DNA from: Bacillus subtilis subsp. subtilis str. 168 | Lineage (GTDB): Bacteria > Bacillota > Bacilli > Bacillales > Bacillaceae | Assembly (NCBI RefSeq): GCF_000009045.1 | Contig: NC_000964.3 | Location: 2,430,001-2,462,000 of the forward strand | DNA length: 32,000 bases | Reading direction: 5' to 3' | Shown here: positions 1 to 8,371 of the stretch, piece by piece | Layout: each line of letters opens with the position of its first letter | Position numbering within the stretch: position 1 is the first letter of the stretch | Program-made: the position numbers and the translations under genes | The notes under the pieces: model-generated | The model's input: the letters and a program-made list of their open reading frames with translations, nothing else | What the model was told of the DNA's origin: nothing | The model's database searches: none

Positions 1-247
1 GATTTACTTTGCTTCCTTTTGTTAAATCATTCAGTGACGTAGCTTTGACTGTTTCAGGCATAACATCCACTGTGAATTGATTTTTTGTAAAATCAGTGAC
101 AGTCAGACAAATGCCGTTCACTGCAATGCTGTCGCCAAGATGAACATCCTCTAAAATCTTTGAGCATTTAATAGTTAAGGCCATTGCATGCCCTGCTTTT
201 TTCATGGATTCGATTGTGCCTGTTTCTTCGATAATTCCTGTAAACAT
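1..247 (-). CDS. ribE: Riboflavin synthase alpha chain, N-terminal part (runs off the window start)
   Basis: Minus-strand frame starting at CAT 245-247 reads MFTGIIEETGTIESMKKAGHAMALTIKCSKILEDVHLGDSIAVNGICLTVTDF..., a typical riboflavin synthase N-terminus; lies directly downstream of ribD. Confidence 0.93.
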   Translation of the reverse strand, partial: MFTGIIEETGTIESMKKAGHAMALTIKCSKILEDVHLGDSIAVNGICLTVTDFTKNQFTVDVMPETVKATSLNDLTKGSKVN

Positions 248-257
248 GGTCACCATC

Positions 258-1364
<1,107 letters not shown>

Positions 1365-1377
1365 TTATTTACCGTCA

Positions 1378-1413
1378 AAAAAGCCCCGAATTTATAAAAA
1401 ATTCGGGGCTTTA
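1378..1413 (-). terminator. Rho-independent terminator of the rib leader (FMN riboswitch expression platform)
   Basis: Minus-strand GCCCCGAATttttTATAAATTCGGGGC-type hairpin followed by TTTTTT, between aptamer and ribD start. Confidence 0.88.
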
Positions 1414-1477
1414 GGTATTTTACGCAATAGGAAATAACACTATGCATTTTTAAACATTTTGCATAGCGGCTCATCAT

Positions 1478-1620
1478 CCTTCTCCCATCCAGACTTTCAC
1501 TGTCGGCTTCAGCTTAAACTGAATCCACCGCGTGCTTATGCACACGGGTCACGGGCTCTAAAGCAAATGTGCTTTACTACCGCCGGTCGGGATTTCCACC
1601 CTGCCCCGAAGGATACAATC
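1478..1620 (-). promoter_or_regulatory. FMN riboswitch (RFN element) controlling the rib operon
   Basis: Minus strand reads ...TTCGGGGCAGGGTGGAAATCCCGACCGGCGGTAGTAAAGC...AGCCCGTGACCCG...GGTGGATTCAGTTTAAGCTGAAGCCGACAGTGAAAGTCTGGATGGGAGAAGGA, the conserved RFN core. Confidence 0.97.
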
Positions 1621-1701
1621 TTTATTCATTTGTCCTTATTGGTTATTATAGCGATCCTTTTTAAAGTACGCAATGAAATAAACTTACAATTTGAGAAAAA
1701 C

Positions 1702-1738
1702 AAAACATCACCCTTCGATCCGAAAGGTGATGTTTTTT
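1702..1738 (-). terminator. Intrinsic terminator after ypuD
   Basis: AAAACATCACCcTT-cgatccg-AAaGGTGATGTTTT hairpin flanked by A and T runs; overlaps the ypuD 3' end. Confidence 0.8.
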
Positions 1739-2081
1739 AATCATTCACTTTTGCAACCTTGATTAATCCGTCGATCCGCTTTGATTTGCTGAAGTAAGCC
1801 TTAATCTTGTCACCTTCTTTTATATCAGATAAATCCTGATTTAATTTTTTTCCGTTGAAGATGATTTTCGTTCCGTTTTCTGCTACTCCATGATACTCTG
1901 AGCCGTCAATTTTCGTCACTTTATATTCCTGGATGGTGTATTCCTCTTCTTCCGAGGACAAGGTTTGTCCAATTGCTGTCGGAACATCCTTCAGCTCAAT
2001 ATCATTTATGTACATATAACCGCCTGCAAGTAAAAGCAAAAGCACTAACAGAATGGTAATCTTGGTTTTTATTCTTCCCAT
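1737..2081 (-). CDS. ypuD: Small secreted or membrane-anchored protein YpuD (ORF extends to 2114; likely start at MGRIKTK)
   Basis: ORF 1737..2114 minus; N-terminal hydrophobic segment KTKITILLVLLLLLAGGYMYI; position next to sipS; internal start chosen because it directly precedes the signal/TM segment. Confidence 0.75.
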   Translation of the reverse strand: MGRIKTKITILLVLLLLLAGGYMYINDIELKDVPTAIGQTLSSEEEEYTIQEYKVTKIDGSEYHGVAENGTKIIFNGKKLNQDLSDIKEGDKIKAYFSKSKRIDGLIKVAKVND

Positions 2082-2282
2082 TTCTAAACCTCCAGCCAAT
2101 ATGAATCTATTCATTCATATGAGTTATTCCTTTTTTTCATGAATAAAAAACCGTAAATTCTCGTAAATTATTAATATAACGATGCATAACGGGAATATGT
2201 TTCACATTTCTGCAAAAATTTCTTTTCTATAGATATACGAATTTATGTTCTGTTTTTAGGGGATGACCGTAAAAAAGATATA

Positions 2283-2312
2283 AAAAAAGCAGCCCCAATG
2301 GGAAGCTGCTTG
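2283..2312 (-). terminator. Intrinsic terminator after sipS
   Basis: Minus AAGCAGCTTCCCATTGGGGCTGCTTTTTTT hairpin plus T run. Confidence 0.8.
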
Positions 2313-2315
2313 ATC

Positions 2316-2870
2316 CTAATTTGTTTTGCGCATTTCGTTAAACGGGTAGAAAACAAACTTTGACGTACCCGCAATTTGTTTTTTCGTGAAGAGGCCAAGG
2401 CCGTTACGGCTGTCCATGGAATTGCGACGATTGTCACCCATCACAAAATACTTGTTATCAGGCACTTTAACCGGGCCGAAATCATCGGTCAAATGGTCAA
2501 AACCGTCCTGTTTCGCTCTCTTTTTATTAGCCGCCAAATAAGGTTCGTCCACCTTTTTCCCGTTGATATAGAGCTGGTCATTTTTCATCTCAACCGTATC
2601 GCCGGGAAGGCCGATAATACGTTTGACATAGTGAACATCATCTCCGTTTAACACGACGATGTCTCCTCTATCAAACTCGCCGATGTATTTGACTGTCATA
2701 TTAACAAAAACCCTTTCACGGTTGTGAAGTGTAGGATACATAGAGTCACCATCAACGACATACGGCGCAAAAATAAAGTTGCGGATGAGCAAAGCAAGAA
2801 CGACAGCAATCACAATTGCTTTTGCCCATTCTAATATTGACTTTTTCTTCGAAACATTTTCTGATTTCAA
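2316..2870 (-). CDS. sipS: Type I signal peptidase (184 aa from a TTG start)
   Basis: N-terminal TM, catalytic Ser in GDSMYPTL, Lys in RDIVV...YVKRIIGLPGD, C-terminal MGDNRRNSMDSR; start assigned to LKSENVSKKK within ORF 2316..2891. Confidence 0.95.
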   Translation of the reverse strand: MKSENVSKKKSILEWAKAIVIAVVLALLIRNFIFAPYVVDGDSMYPTLHNRERVFVNMTVKYIGEFDRGDIVVLNGDDVHYVKRIIGLPGDTVEMKNDQLYINGKKVDEPYLAANKKRAKQDGFDHLTDDFGPVKVPDNKYFVMGDNRRNSMDSRNGLGLFTKKQIAGTSKFVFYPFNEMRKTN

Positions 2871-2992
2871 CTGATTTCCTCCAATAAACAACGGTCTTCA
2901 ATTTATGTTATCACGAATCGAAAAAAAATCCCATTAGGACCATTGAAGTGATTTTACAAACTGTTAATCTTCATCTTCTACCCACATCATGC

Positions 2993-3312
2993 CTATTTTT
3001 TCTTGTCGATCATAACTAGGCCTGAAAATATTGAAAGAAATGAATCGCATAATTCAGAAGCGATGGACTCAGAAGAAAGAGAGTTCTCATATGCAAAATC
3101 TTTAGATCGTATATAAAGCATGAGGTTACGGGCAGTTTGTTCATTTACTGCATTCCATTGATCTCCCAGTCCATGATACCCATGGCACTTGACAAAACAA
3201 TTAACGTCATGAAGGTTACTGGAATGTTTGCGGCAACCTATTTCACAGGTGATAACCGCACCCCGTTTTTTGCTTTCATAATATGTTTAAAATCATTCAA
3301 GCTCGAAAACAT
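2993..3312 (-). pseudogene. Frame-interrupted Cys/His-rich small protein gene (pseudogene, or possibly -1 frameshifted)
   Basis: Strong RBS GGAGG (plus CCTCC 3320-3324), ATG at 3312, reads MFSSLNDFKHIMKAKNGVRLSPVK* (stop 3238-3240). A second open frame overlaps from about 3274 and reads ...RGAVITCEIGCRKHSSNLHDVNCFVKCHGYHGLGDQWNAVNEQTARNLMLYIRSKDFAYENSLSSESIASELCDSFLSIFSGLVMIDKKK* to 2993. Confidence 0.55.
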
Positions 3313-3315
3313 GGA

Positions 3316-3522
3316 TCAGCCTCCAAAAAATAAATCCAATATATTCCCGGCAGTTGAAGACTCTTTATTATAAAACTCTGAATATCCGCAGTTCTTACAG
3401 TAAACCACTAGAAATCGGTTATGCTGCACGTCAAACAGCTTTGATAATCCCGTGCCGGTTGTAGCTATTTCTTTTTGTCCGGCTTCAGTACTACCGCATT
3501 TTATACAGCCTTTGTTGTTCAT
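3316..3522 (-). CDS. Small zinc-ribbon (nucleic-acid-binding-like) protein, 68 aa
   Basis: CIKCGS...VVYCKNCGYSEFY paired CxxC motifs; RBS AAAGGAG upstream of ATG at 3522. Confidence 0.75.
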   Translation of the reverse strand: MNNKGCIKCGSTEAGQKEIATTGTGLSKLFDVQHNRFLVVYCKNCGYSEFYNKESSTAGNILDLFFGG

Positions 3523-3630
3523 ATCGCGATCTCCTTTTCATTACATCACGTTTGTTTGATTTATTTTACTACAAAATATCAATCCCAATGACCCGTACTA
3601 CTTTAAAGTTTACTTAATTTTGATTACATA

Positions 3631-4346
3631 CTAATTGGGTTCGTTTCTCAGCTTGGTAAATCTTCTGGAGAAACGGAAAAGCTCCATGACCAAAACATTC
3701 AAACTCAGCCAAACACCGCCGAAGGCGTAACCCGCAGCAACATCACTCGGATACTGCTCATAAAGTACACACGGCTCAGCCCGATGAGGAATAAAACGAT
3801 AATAAACAAAAAAATGCAACAGTTTGCAGACGCGTCTTGTGAGAATGACGAACAAAAAGATAAGCACAAAAACCAAAAATGACAAATGCCGTTAAAGTCT
3901 GTTCGCTCGGGAATGGATATAATACATGACTTTCCAAAGGAGCGTGAACAGGATGAAGGGAATGAAAGAGCCGTCTGATTCCCTCTTCATAAAGCTCCCC
4001 ACCAATGACTAGGAAAAATAAGAAAGAGAGTTCGATTTTCCGATCTTGCCCTCTGAATACCGTCCAAAAAAAAGTTAGAACAATAACGGCTAACAGAACA
4101 CCTCTCGACGCAAAAGCTTTCTGAATTGCAGCTGGGCCCAGTCTATACCCGATCCAATACGACATGCTCACTCCCACAGCTCCCCAATCCGGCCGCTAAC
4201 ATGCTTAGCACCCAGTTTAACTTTTCTTGAAACACGAGAACACCGGCAAACTCTCCCGGTCCAAGTAAAGCTAGAAGCTCTAACATCAAGACAATAAACA
4301 AGACGGCATATCCGTACTGTTCGAGCAACCCCGTCAAAACTTGCAT
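3631..4346 (-). pseudogene. Degraded DedA-PAP2 phosphatase fusion membrane protein
   Basis: Three successive frames: 4346-4143 (DedA N-term MQVLTGLLEQYGYAVLFIVLMLELLALLGPGE...LAAGLGSC), 4177-3776 (GVSMSYWIGYRLG then PAP2 core ...YPFPSEQTLTAFVIFG), and 3885-3631 (EQYPSDVAAGYAFGGVWLSLNVLVMELFR). Confidence 0.82.
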
Positions 4347-4495
4347 GTGATTCTCCTTAAACTTTTTTGTTCTTTTATCATTCCCAATCCACTTTTTGTA
4401 TAATCAGCACAATTTTATCTTCAGTCGTCCAACAACATTGTCTATGGCGGGATCTTCTCTCATACATTCTTTTTTGACATAGGAGGAGCAATAGC

Positions 4496-4651
4496 ATGAA
4501 ATGGGAGGAAACAAAAGATACGCAGGGAGTTTGCCAAAATTTTGGGCAGTTCGTTCTGCCACCGAGTCAGGTGTTTGTTTGCCCACCTCATCCCTTGTCA
4601 ATTCCCCATTTTTCCCGTTTGAGGTTCGAAATGGTAAAGTATTTCACTTAG
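4496..4651 (+). CDS. Candidate small protein, 51 aa: MKWEETKDTQGVCQNFGQFVLPPSQVFVCPPHPLSIPHFSRLRFEMVKYFT
   Basis: ATG at 4496 with AGGAGG at 4481-4486 (9 nt spacing); open to TAG 4649-4651; no recognised homology. Confidence 0.4.
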   Translation: MKWEETKDTQGVCQNFGQFVLPPSQVFVCPPHPLSIPHFSRLRFEMVKYFT

Positions 4652-4754
4652 TTTCTTACATGAAGAGGTAAATTCTTTGCTCACCGAACTAGGATAGCGG
4701 CGTATGGCGATTTCTACATTGCATAACCACTGGTTATTTAGTGAGCCGTGAGCA

Positions 4755-4871
4755 ATGTATATGCACTTTGAGTCAGCACAGGATGATCCTATTACATTCG
4801 CCAGAAAAGCAGCTGCCGCATTCAGAGTAGTTAAAAGAATAGACAGATATCTGGGCTTCCGGAAGCTTTAA
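4755..4871 (+). CDS. Candidate micro-ORF, 38 aa: MYMHFESAQDDPITFARKAAAAFRVVKRIDRYLGFRKL
   Basis: ATG 4755 to TAA 4869-4871; basic C-terminal helix-like composition; ends at an intrinsic terminator; RBS is weak. Confidence 0.3.
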   Translation: MYMHFESAQDDPITFARKAAAAFRVVKRIDRYLGFRKL

Positions 4872-4886
4872 AGGAGGCTCTTTTTT
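4853..4886 (+). terminator. Intrinsic terminator overlapping the end of the 38-aa micro-ORF
   Basis: GGGCTTCC-(12 nt)-GGAGGCTC stem (two G-U pairs) followed by TTTTTT 4881-4886. Confidence 0.5.
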
Positions 4887-5011
4887 CGAGCATTTTTATA
4901 AATCAATAAAAACAGGCATCTCCTAAATATTTTTGCCGATAAGTTTACGCTAATCAACTCTAGCACTAATACATATAAAAAATAGAATGATATGAAAGGA
5001 GACTTGATAGT

Positions 5012-5224
5012 ATGATTGATTATCCTATTAATATAAACAACGTTTCCGGGAACAGTGTAATTAACGTAGGCGGCGCTTTTATGATCAGGCCTTTAACTTT
5101 GTCCAAATCTGTGTTTGGCTCCGGAGGTTTAAACACAGGAATTGTCTTTGAAAATAACTTTGTAAGCAAAGCTAAAATGATTAATCATCAATTTACTGAT
5201 CAAAACGTCACCAAAACTTTTTAA
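5012..5224 (+). CDS. ypzD: GerPA/GerPF-family spore protein YpzD, 70 aa
   Basis: N-terminal INNVSGNSVINVGGAF motif typical of GerPA/PF family; isolated plus-strand gene. Confidence 0.8.
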   Translation: MIDYPININNVSGNSVINVGGAFMIRPLTLSKSVFGSGGLNTGIVFENNFVSKAKMINHQFTDQNVTKTF

Positions 5225-5269
5225 TGTATTCAATACACGGGGGTCACTAACTAAACACCTGGTTTTGCC

Positions 5270-5297
5270 AACCGCCATCAGCATTCGGCGGTTTTTT
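5270..5297 (+). terminator. Intrinsic terminator after ypzD
   Basis: AACCGCCatcagcattcGGCGGTTTTTT. Confidence 0.8.
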
Positions 5298-5316
5298 ATT
5301 GAACATTTTTGGCCAA

Positions 5317-5350
5317 TAAAAAAAGCTTCCTCTCTAAGAGGAAGCCTTTT
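5317..5350 (-). terminator. Intrinsic terminator after ppiB
   Basis: Minus GGCTTCCTCTTAGAGAGGAAGCTTTTTTT hairpin. Confidence 0.85.
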
Positions 5351-5359
5351 GCCTGCCGA

Positions 5360-5791
5360 TTAGCCTTCTACACGAACTTCTTTCATGACATCGCCATTAG
5401 ACATGTTTTTCGCGAATTCTAATCCGCTTGTTACTTTACCAAATACAGTGTGAACACCGTTCAAATGAGGCTGTGGCTCATGAACGATGAAAAATTGGCT
5501 GCCGCCAGTGTCTTTTCCGGCATGTGCCATAGAAAGTGCGCCCGCCTCATGTGTATGCGGGTTGCCTTCTGTTTCACATTTGATTGTGTATCCCGGACCG
5601 CCTGTACCAGTTCCGTGCGGGCATCCGCCTTGGCTGACGAAGCCAGGGATCACTCGGTGGAATGTAAGCCCGTCATAAAAGCCTTCGTTCGCAAGCTTTT
5701 CAAAGTTTGCAACAGTTCCAGGTGCAGCTTCAGGATAAAGTTCAAATTCAATTTTGTTCCCGTCTTCTAATAAAAAGTAACCTGTTTTCAA
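5360..5791 (-). CDS. ppiB: Cyclophilin-type peptidyl-prolyl cis-trans isomerase (143 aa, TTG start)
   Basis: [33 protein letters not shown] cyclophilin signature; start at (M)[10 protein letters not shown] inside ORF 5360..5824. Confidence 0.95.
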   Translation of the reverse strand: MKTGYFLLEDGNKIEFELYPEAAPGTVANFEKLANEGFYDGLTFHRVIPGFVSQGGCPHGTGTGGPGYTIKCETEGNPHTHEAGALSMAHAGKDTGGSQFFIVHEPQPHLNGVHTVFGKVTSGLEFAKNMSNGDVMKEVRVEG

Positions 5792-6044
5792 TTGTATGCC
5801 TACTTTCTTTATTTTAATTTTCAAAGGAGATTATGTATAGGTTATAGCCTGTCTCTCCTTGTCGCGGCTATTATACCACACCTTTCGGGGGAAAACGAAT
5901 CTCCCGAGCTTTACTAAAAAATAAAAATGAAACCTGAATCTCTTTATCTCCGTCTAACCTAACGGAACTGTATTTTTCATGATTCAGGTCCTCACAAAGC
6001 AGCACTATCCAGCTGCTTGTGAAATTGAAGGAGGTCAAACTGCT

Positions 6045-6917
6045 TTGAAGAAAATTTGGATTGGAATGCTGGCAGCGGCCGTTTTGCTGCTGATGGTTCC
6101 GAAGGTCAGTCTCGCGGATGCCGCAGTTGGAGATGTCATTGTAACACTGGGTGCTGATTTGTCAGAATCTGACAAACAAAAAGTGCTTGATGAAATGAAT
6201 GTCCCTGATAATGCCACAACGGTAACCGTGACCAATAAGGAAGAACATGAATATTTAGGAAAATATATATCGAACGCGCAAATCGGATCGAGAGCGATTT
6301 CTTCATCGTCAATCACCATTGCCAAAAAAGGCTCCGGATTGAATGTTGAGACCCATAATATCAGCGGCATCACAGATGAAATGTACCTGAATGCACTGAT
6401 GACAGCCGGTGTTAAAGATGCGAAGGTGTATGTTACAGCACCGTTTGAAGTATCCGGGACTGCCGCTTTAACTGGATTGATTAAGGCGTATGAAGTTTCT
6501 TCTGACGAAGCGATCTCGGAGGATGTTAAGCAGGTCGCCAACCAAGAGCTTGTCACGACATCAGAGCTTGGAGACAAAATCGGTAACGAAAATGCGGCAG
6601 CCCTGATTGCAAAAATCAAAGAAGAGTTTGCTAAAAACGGGGTGCCTGATAATAAAGCTGACATCGAAAAACAAGTGGATGACGCAGCTTCTGATTTAAA
6701 CGTCACACTTACAGACAGCCAAAAGAATCAGCTTGTCTCCCTATTCAATAAGATGAAAAACGCTGACATTGACTGGGGACAGGTCAGTGACCAGCTAGAT
6801 AAAGCGAAAGATAAGATTACGAAATTCATAGAATCAGATGAAGGCAAAAACTTCATCCAGAAAGTCATTGATTTCTTCGTATCTATCTGGAATGCGATTG
6901 TATCTATATTCAAATAA
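6045..6917 (+). CDS. ypuA: Secreted DUF1002-type protein YpuA (290 aa, TTG start)
   Basis: Signal peptide MKKIWIGMLAAAVLLLMVPKVSLADA followed by the conserved body; ORF 5979..6917. Confidence 0.9.
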   Translation: MKKIWIGMLAAAVLLLMVPKVSLADAAVGDVIVTLGADLSESDKQKVLDEMNVPDNATTVTVTNKEEHEYLGKYISNAQIGSRAISSSSITIAKKGSGLNVETHNISGITDEMYLNALMTAGVKDAKVYVTAPFEVSGTAALTGLIKAYEVSSDEAISEDVKQVANQELVTTSELGDKIGNENAAALIAKIKEEFAKNGVPDNKADIEKQVDDAASDLNVTLTDSQKNQLVSLFNKMKNADIDWGQVSDQLDKAKDKITKFIESDEGKNFIQKVIDFFVSIWNAIVSIFK

Positions 6918-6949
6918 GAAAAGCGCCGAAAAATCGGCGCTTTCTTTTA
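6917..6949. terminator. Bidirectional terminator between convergent ypuA and lysA
   Basis: AAGAAAAGCGCCGA-aaaa-TCGGCGCTTTCTTTT symmetric hairpin. Confidence 0.85.
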
Positions 6950-8266
6950 TTGCTTTACACCCGTTTTAAATGGCAGATCAAGTTTTACAATATCTTCGTA
7001 TGTTTCTCGCTTCACGACTAAATGAGCCTCACCGTTTTCGACAAATACAACGGCGGGTCTCGGAATACGGTTATAATTGTTGGCCATGCTGTATCCATAA
7101 GCGCCTGTACAAAAAACGGCAAGAAGATCGCCTTCTTTTACTTCCGGCAGGTCAATATCCCAAATCAGCATATCTCCGCTTTCACAGCACTTTCCGGCAA
7201 TTGATACCGTTTTGTCATGCGCTTCTCCGATCCTGTTGGCTGCCGCAGCTTCATATTTAGCTTGGTAAAGCGCAGGACGAATATTGTCGTTCATGCCTCC
7301 GTCTACAGCCACATATTGGCGGACACCCGGCACTTCTTTTTGAGAGCCAACCGTATAAAGAGTTGTGCCTGCGTCTCCCACGAGAGAACGGCCCGGTTCG
7401 ATCCAAATTTCCGGAATGTCAAAACCGTAACGGGAAGCATTTTCTTTCACAGCTTCGATAATTTTTTCAACGTATTCAGTGGCATGAAGCGGTTCATCAT
7501 CTTCCGTATAACGAATGCCGAAACCTCCTCCAAGATTCAGCACCTTGGATACAAATGAATATGAATCTCTCCATTCGTCTAGTTTTTTGAAGATTTTTTC
7601 CGCTGCTAACACAAAACCGGCCGTATCAAAGATTTGCGAGCCGATATGGCAATGGACACCCAGCAGCTGAATGTGTTCCGATTGTAATACTTGTTCAATG
7701 GCCCGTTCAGTTTGTCCGTTATGAAGATCGAAACCAAACTTTGAATCTTCCTGGCCCGTTGTAATGTAGTCATGCGTATGCGCTTCTACTCCGGGCGTGA
7801 TCCGAAGAAGAACATCGATGGAGTGACCCGTTTCTTTACATAGGTCTTCAAGAAGCGCGATTTCATAGAAATTATCCACCACAATGCAGCCGATGCGGTG
7901 CTCAAGCGCCATCCGCAGTTCTTCCCTGCTCTTATTGTTTCCATGAAAGTGGATGCGTTCTGCCGGAAAGCCTGCTGCAACAGCCGTATATAGCTCTCCT
8001 CCGGATACGACATCTAAAGAAAGTCCCTCTTCCTCAGCGAGCTGAATCATTGCGACTGATGAGAATGCTTTGCTCGCATATGCCACCTGTGCTTTCAGCC
8101 CTGCAGAAATAAACGCCTGCTTAAAGCTTTTAGCACGCTCACGTATTAAAGCCACATCATATACGTAAAGAGGTGTACCATATTTCTCCGCTAAATAGAG
8201 AGCATCCACACCTCCGATTTCTAAATGACCATGTTGATTTTGTCTGCTTGTGCCGTGTAAGAACAA
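6947..8266 (-). CDS. lysA: Diaminopimelate decarboxylase
   Basis: PLP lysine motif YASKAFSS, HIGSQ, LNLGGGFG, CCESGD; start taken at MFLHGTSRQ (439 aa) within ORF 6947..8272. Confidence 0.96.
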   Translation of the reverse strand: MFLHGTSRQNQHGHLEIGGVDALYLAEKYGTPLYVYDVALIRERAKSFKQAFISAGLKAQVAYASKAFSSVAMIQLAEEEGLSLDVVSGGELYTAVAAGFPAERIHFHGNNKSREELRMALEHRIGCIVVDNFYEIALLEDLCKETGHSIDVLLRITPGVEAHTHDYITTGQEDSKFGFDLHNGQTERAIEQVLQSEHIQLLGVHCHIGSQIFDTAGFVLAAEKIFKKLDEWRDSYSFVSKVLNLGGGFGIRYTEDDEPLHATEYVEKIIEAVKENASRYGFDIPEIWIEPGRSLVGDAGTTLYTVGSQKEVPGVRQYVAVDGGMNDNIRPALYQAKYEAAAANRIGEAHDKTVSIAGKCCESGDMLIWDIDLPEVKEGDLLAVFCTGAYGYSMANNYNRIPRPAVVFVENGEAHLVVKRETYEDIVKLDLPFKTGVKQ

Positions 8267-8371
8267 TGTCATTCCCTCTTTCTCCGCTTATGGATGAAAG
8301 GACAGTTTTATGGACTGTCCCTTCATAATTAAGACATACATTATCATACTCTTCAGTCAGTTTCAATGCGA

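Noticed and set aside
1459-1740. Plus-strand 93-aa ORF (MHSGSSSFSHPDFHC...)
   Set aside because: It lies antisense across the FMN riboswitch; openness is explained by the structured RNA sequence
4404-4601. Minus-strand 65-aa ORF MTRDEVGKQTPDSVAERTAQNFGKLPAYLL...
   Set aside because: Overlaps the plus-strand ORF with the better RBS; no similarity recognised; composition looks random
2900-5300. Accessory interval as a defence island or prophage remnant
   Set aside because: No integrase, transposase, terminal repeats or recognisable defence domain could be seen; only a decayed membrane protein gene and small ORFs
6035-6706. 223-aa minus ORF antisense to ypuA
   Set aside because: Low-complexity Ser/Pro-rich shadow of an Ala/Asp/Glu-rich secreted protein gene
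7022-7558. Plus ORFs antisense to lysA
   Set aside because: lysA reading frame is unambiguous; these show no motif or RBS
8273-8371. Possible lysine riboswitch upstream of lysA
   Set aside because: The gap to spoVAF is only about 100 nt and shows none of the L-box conserved elements
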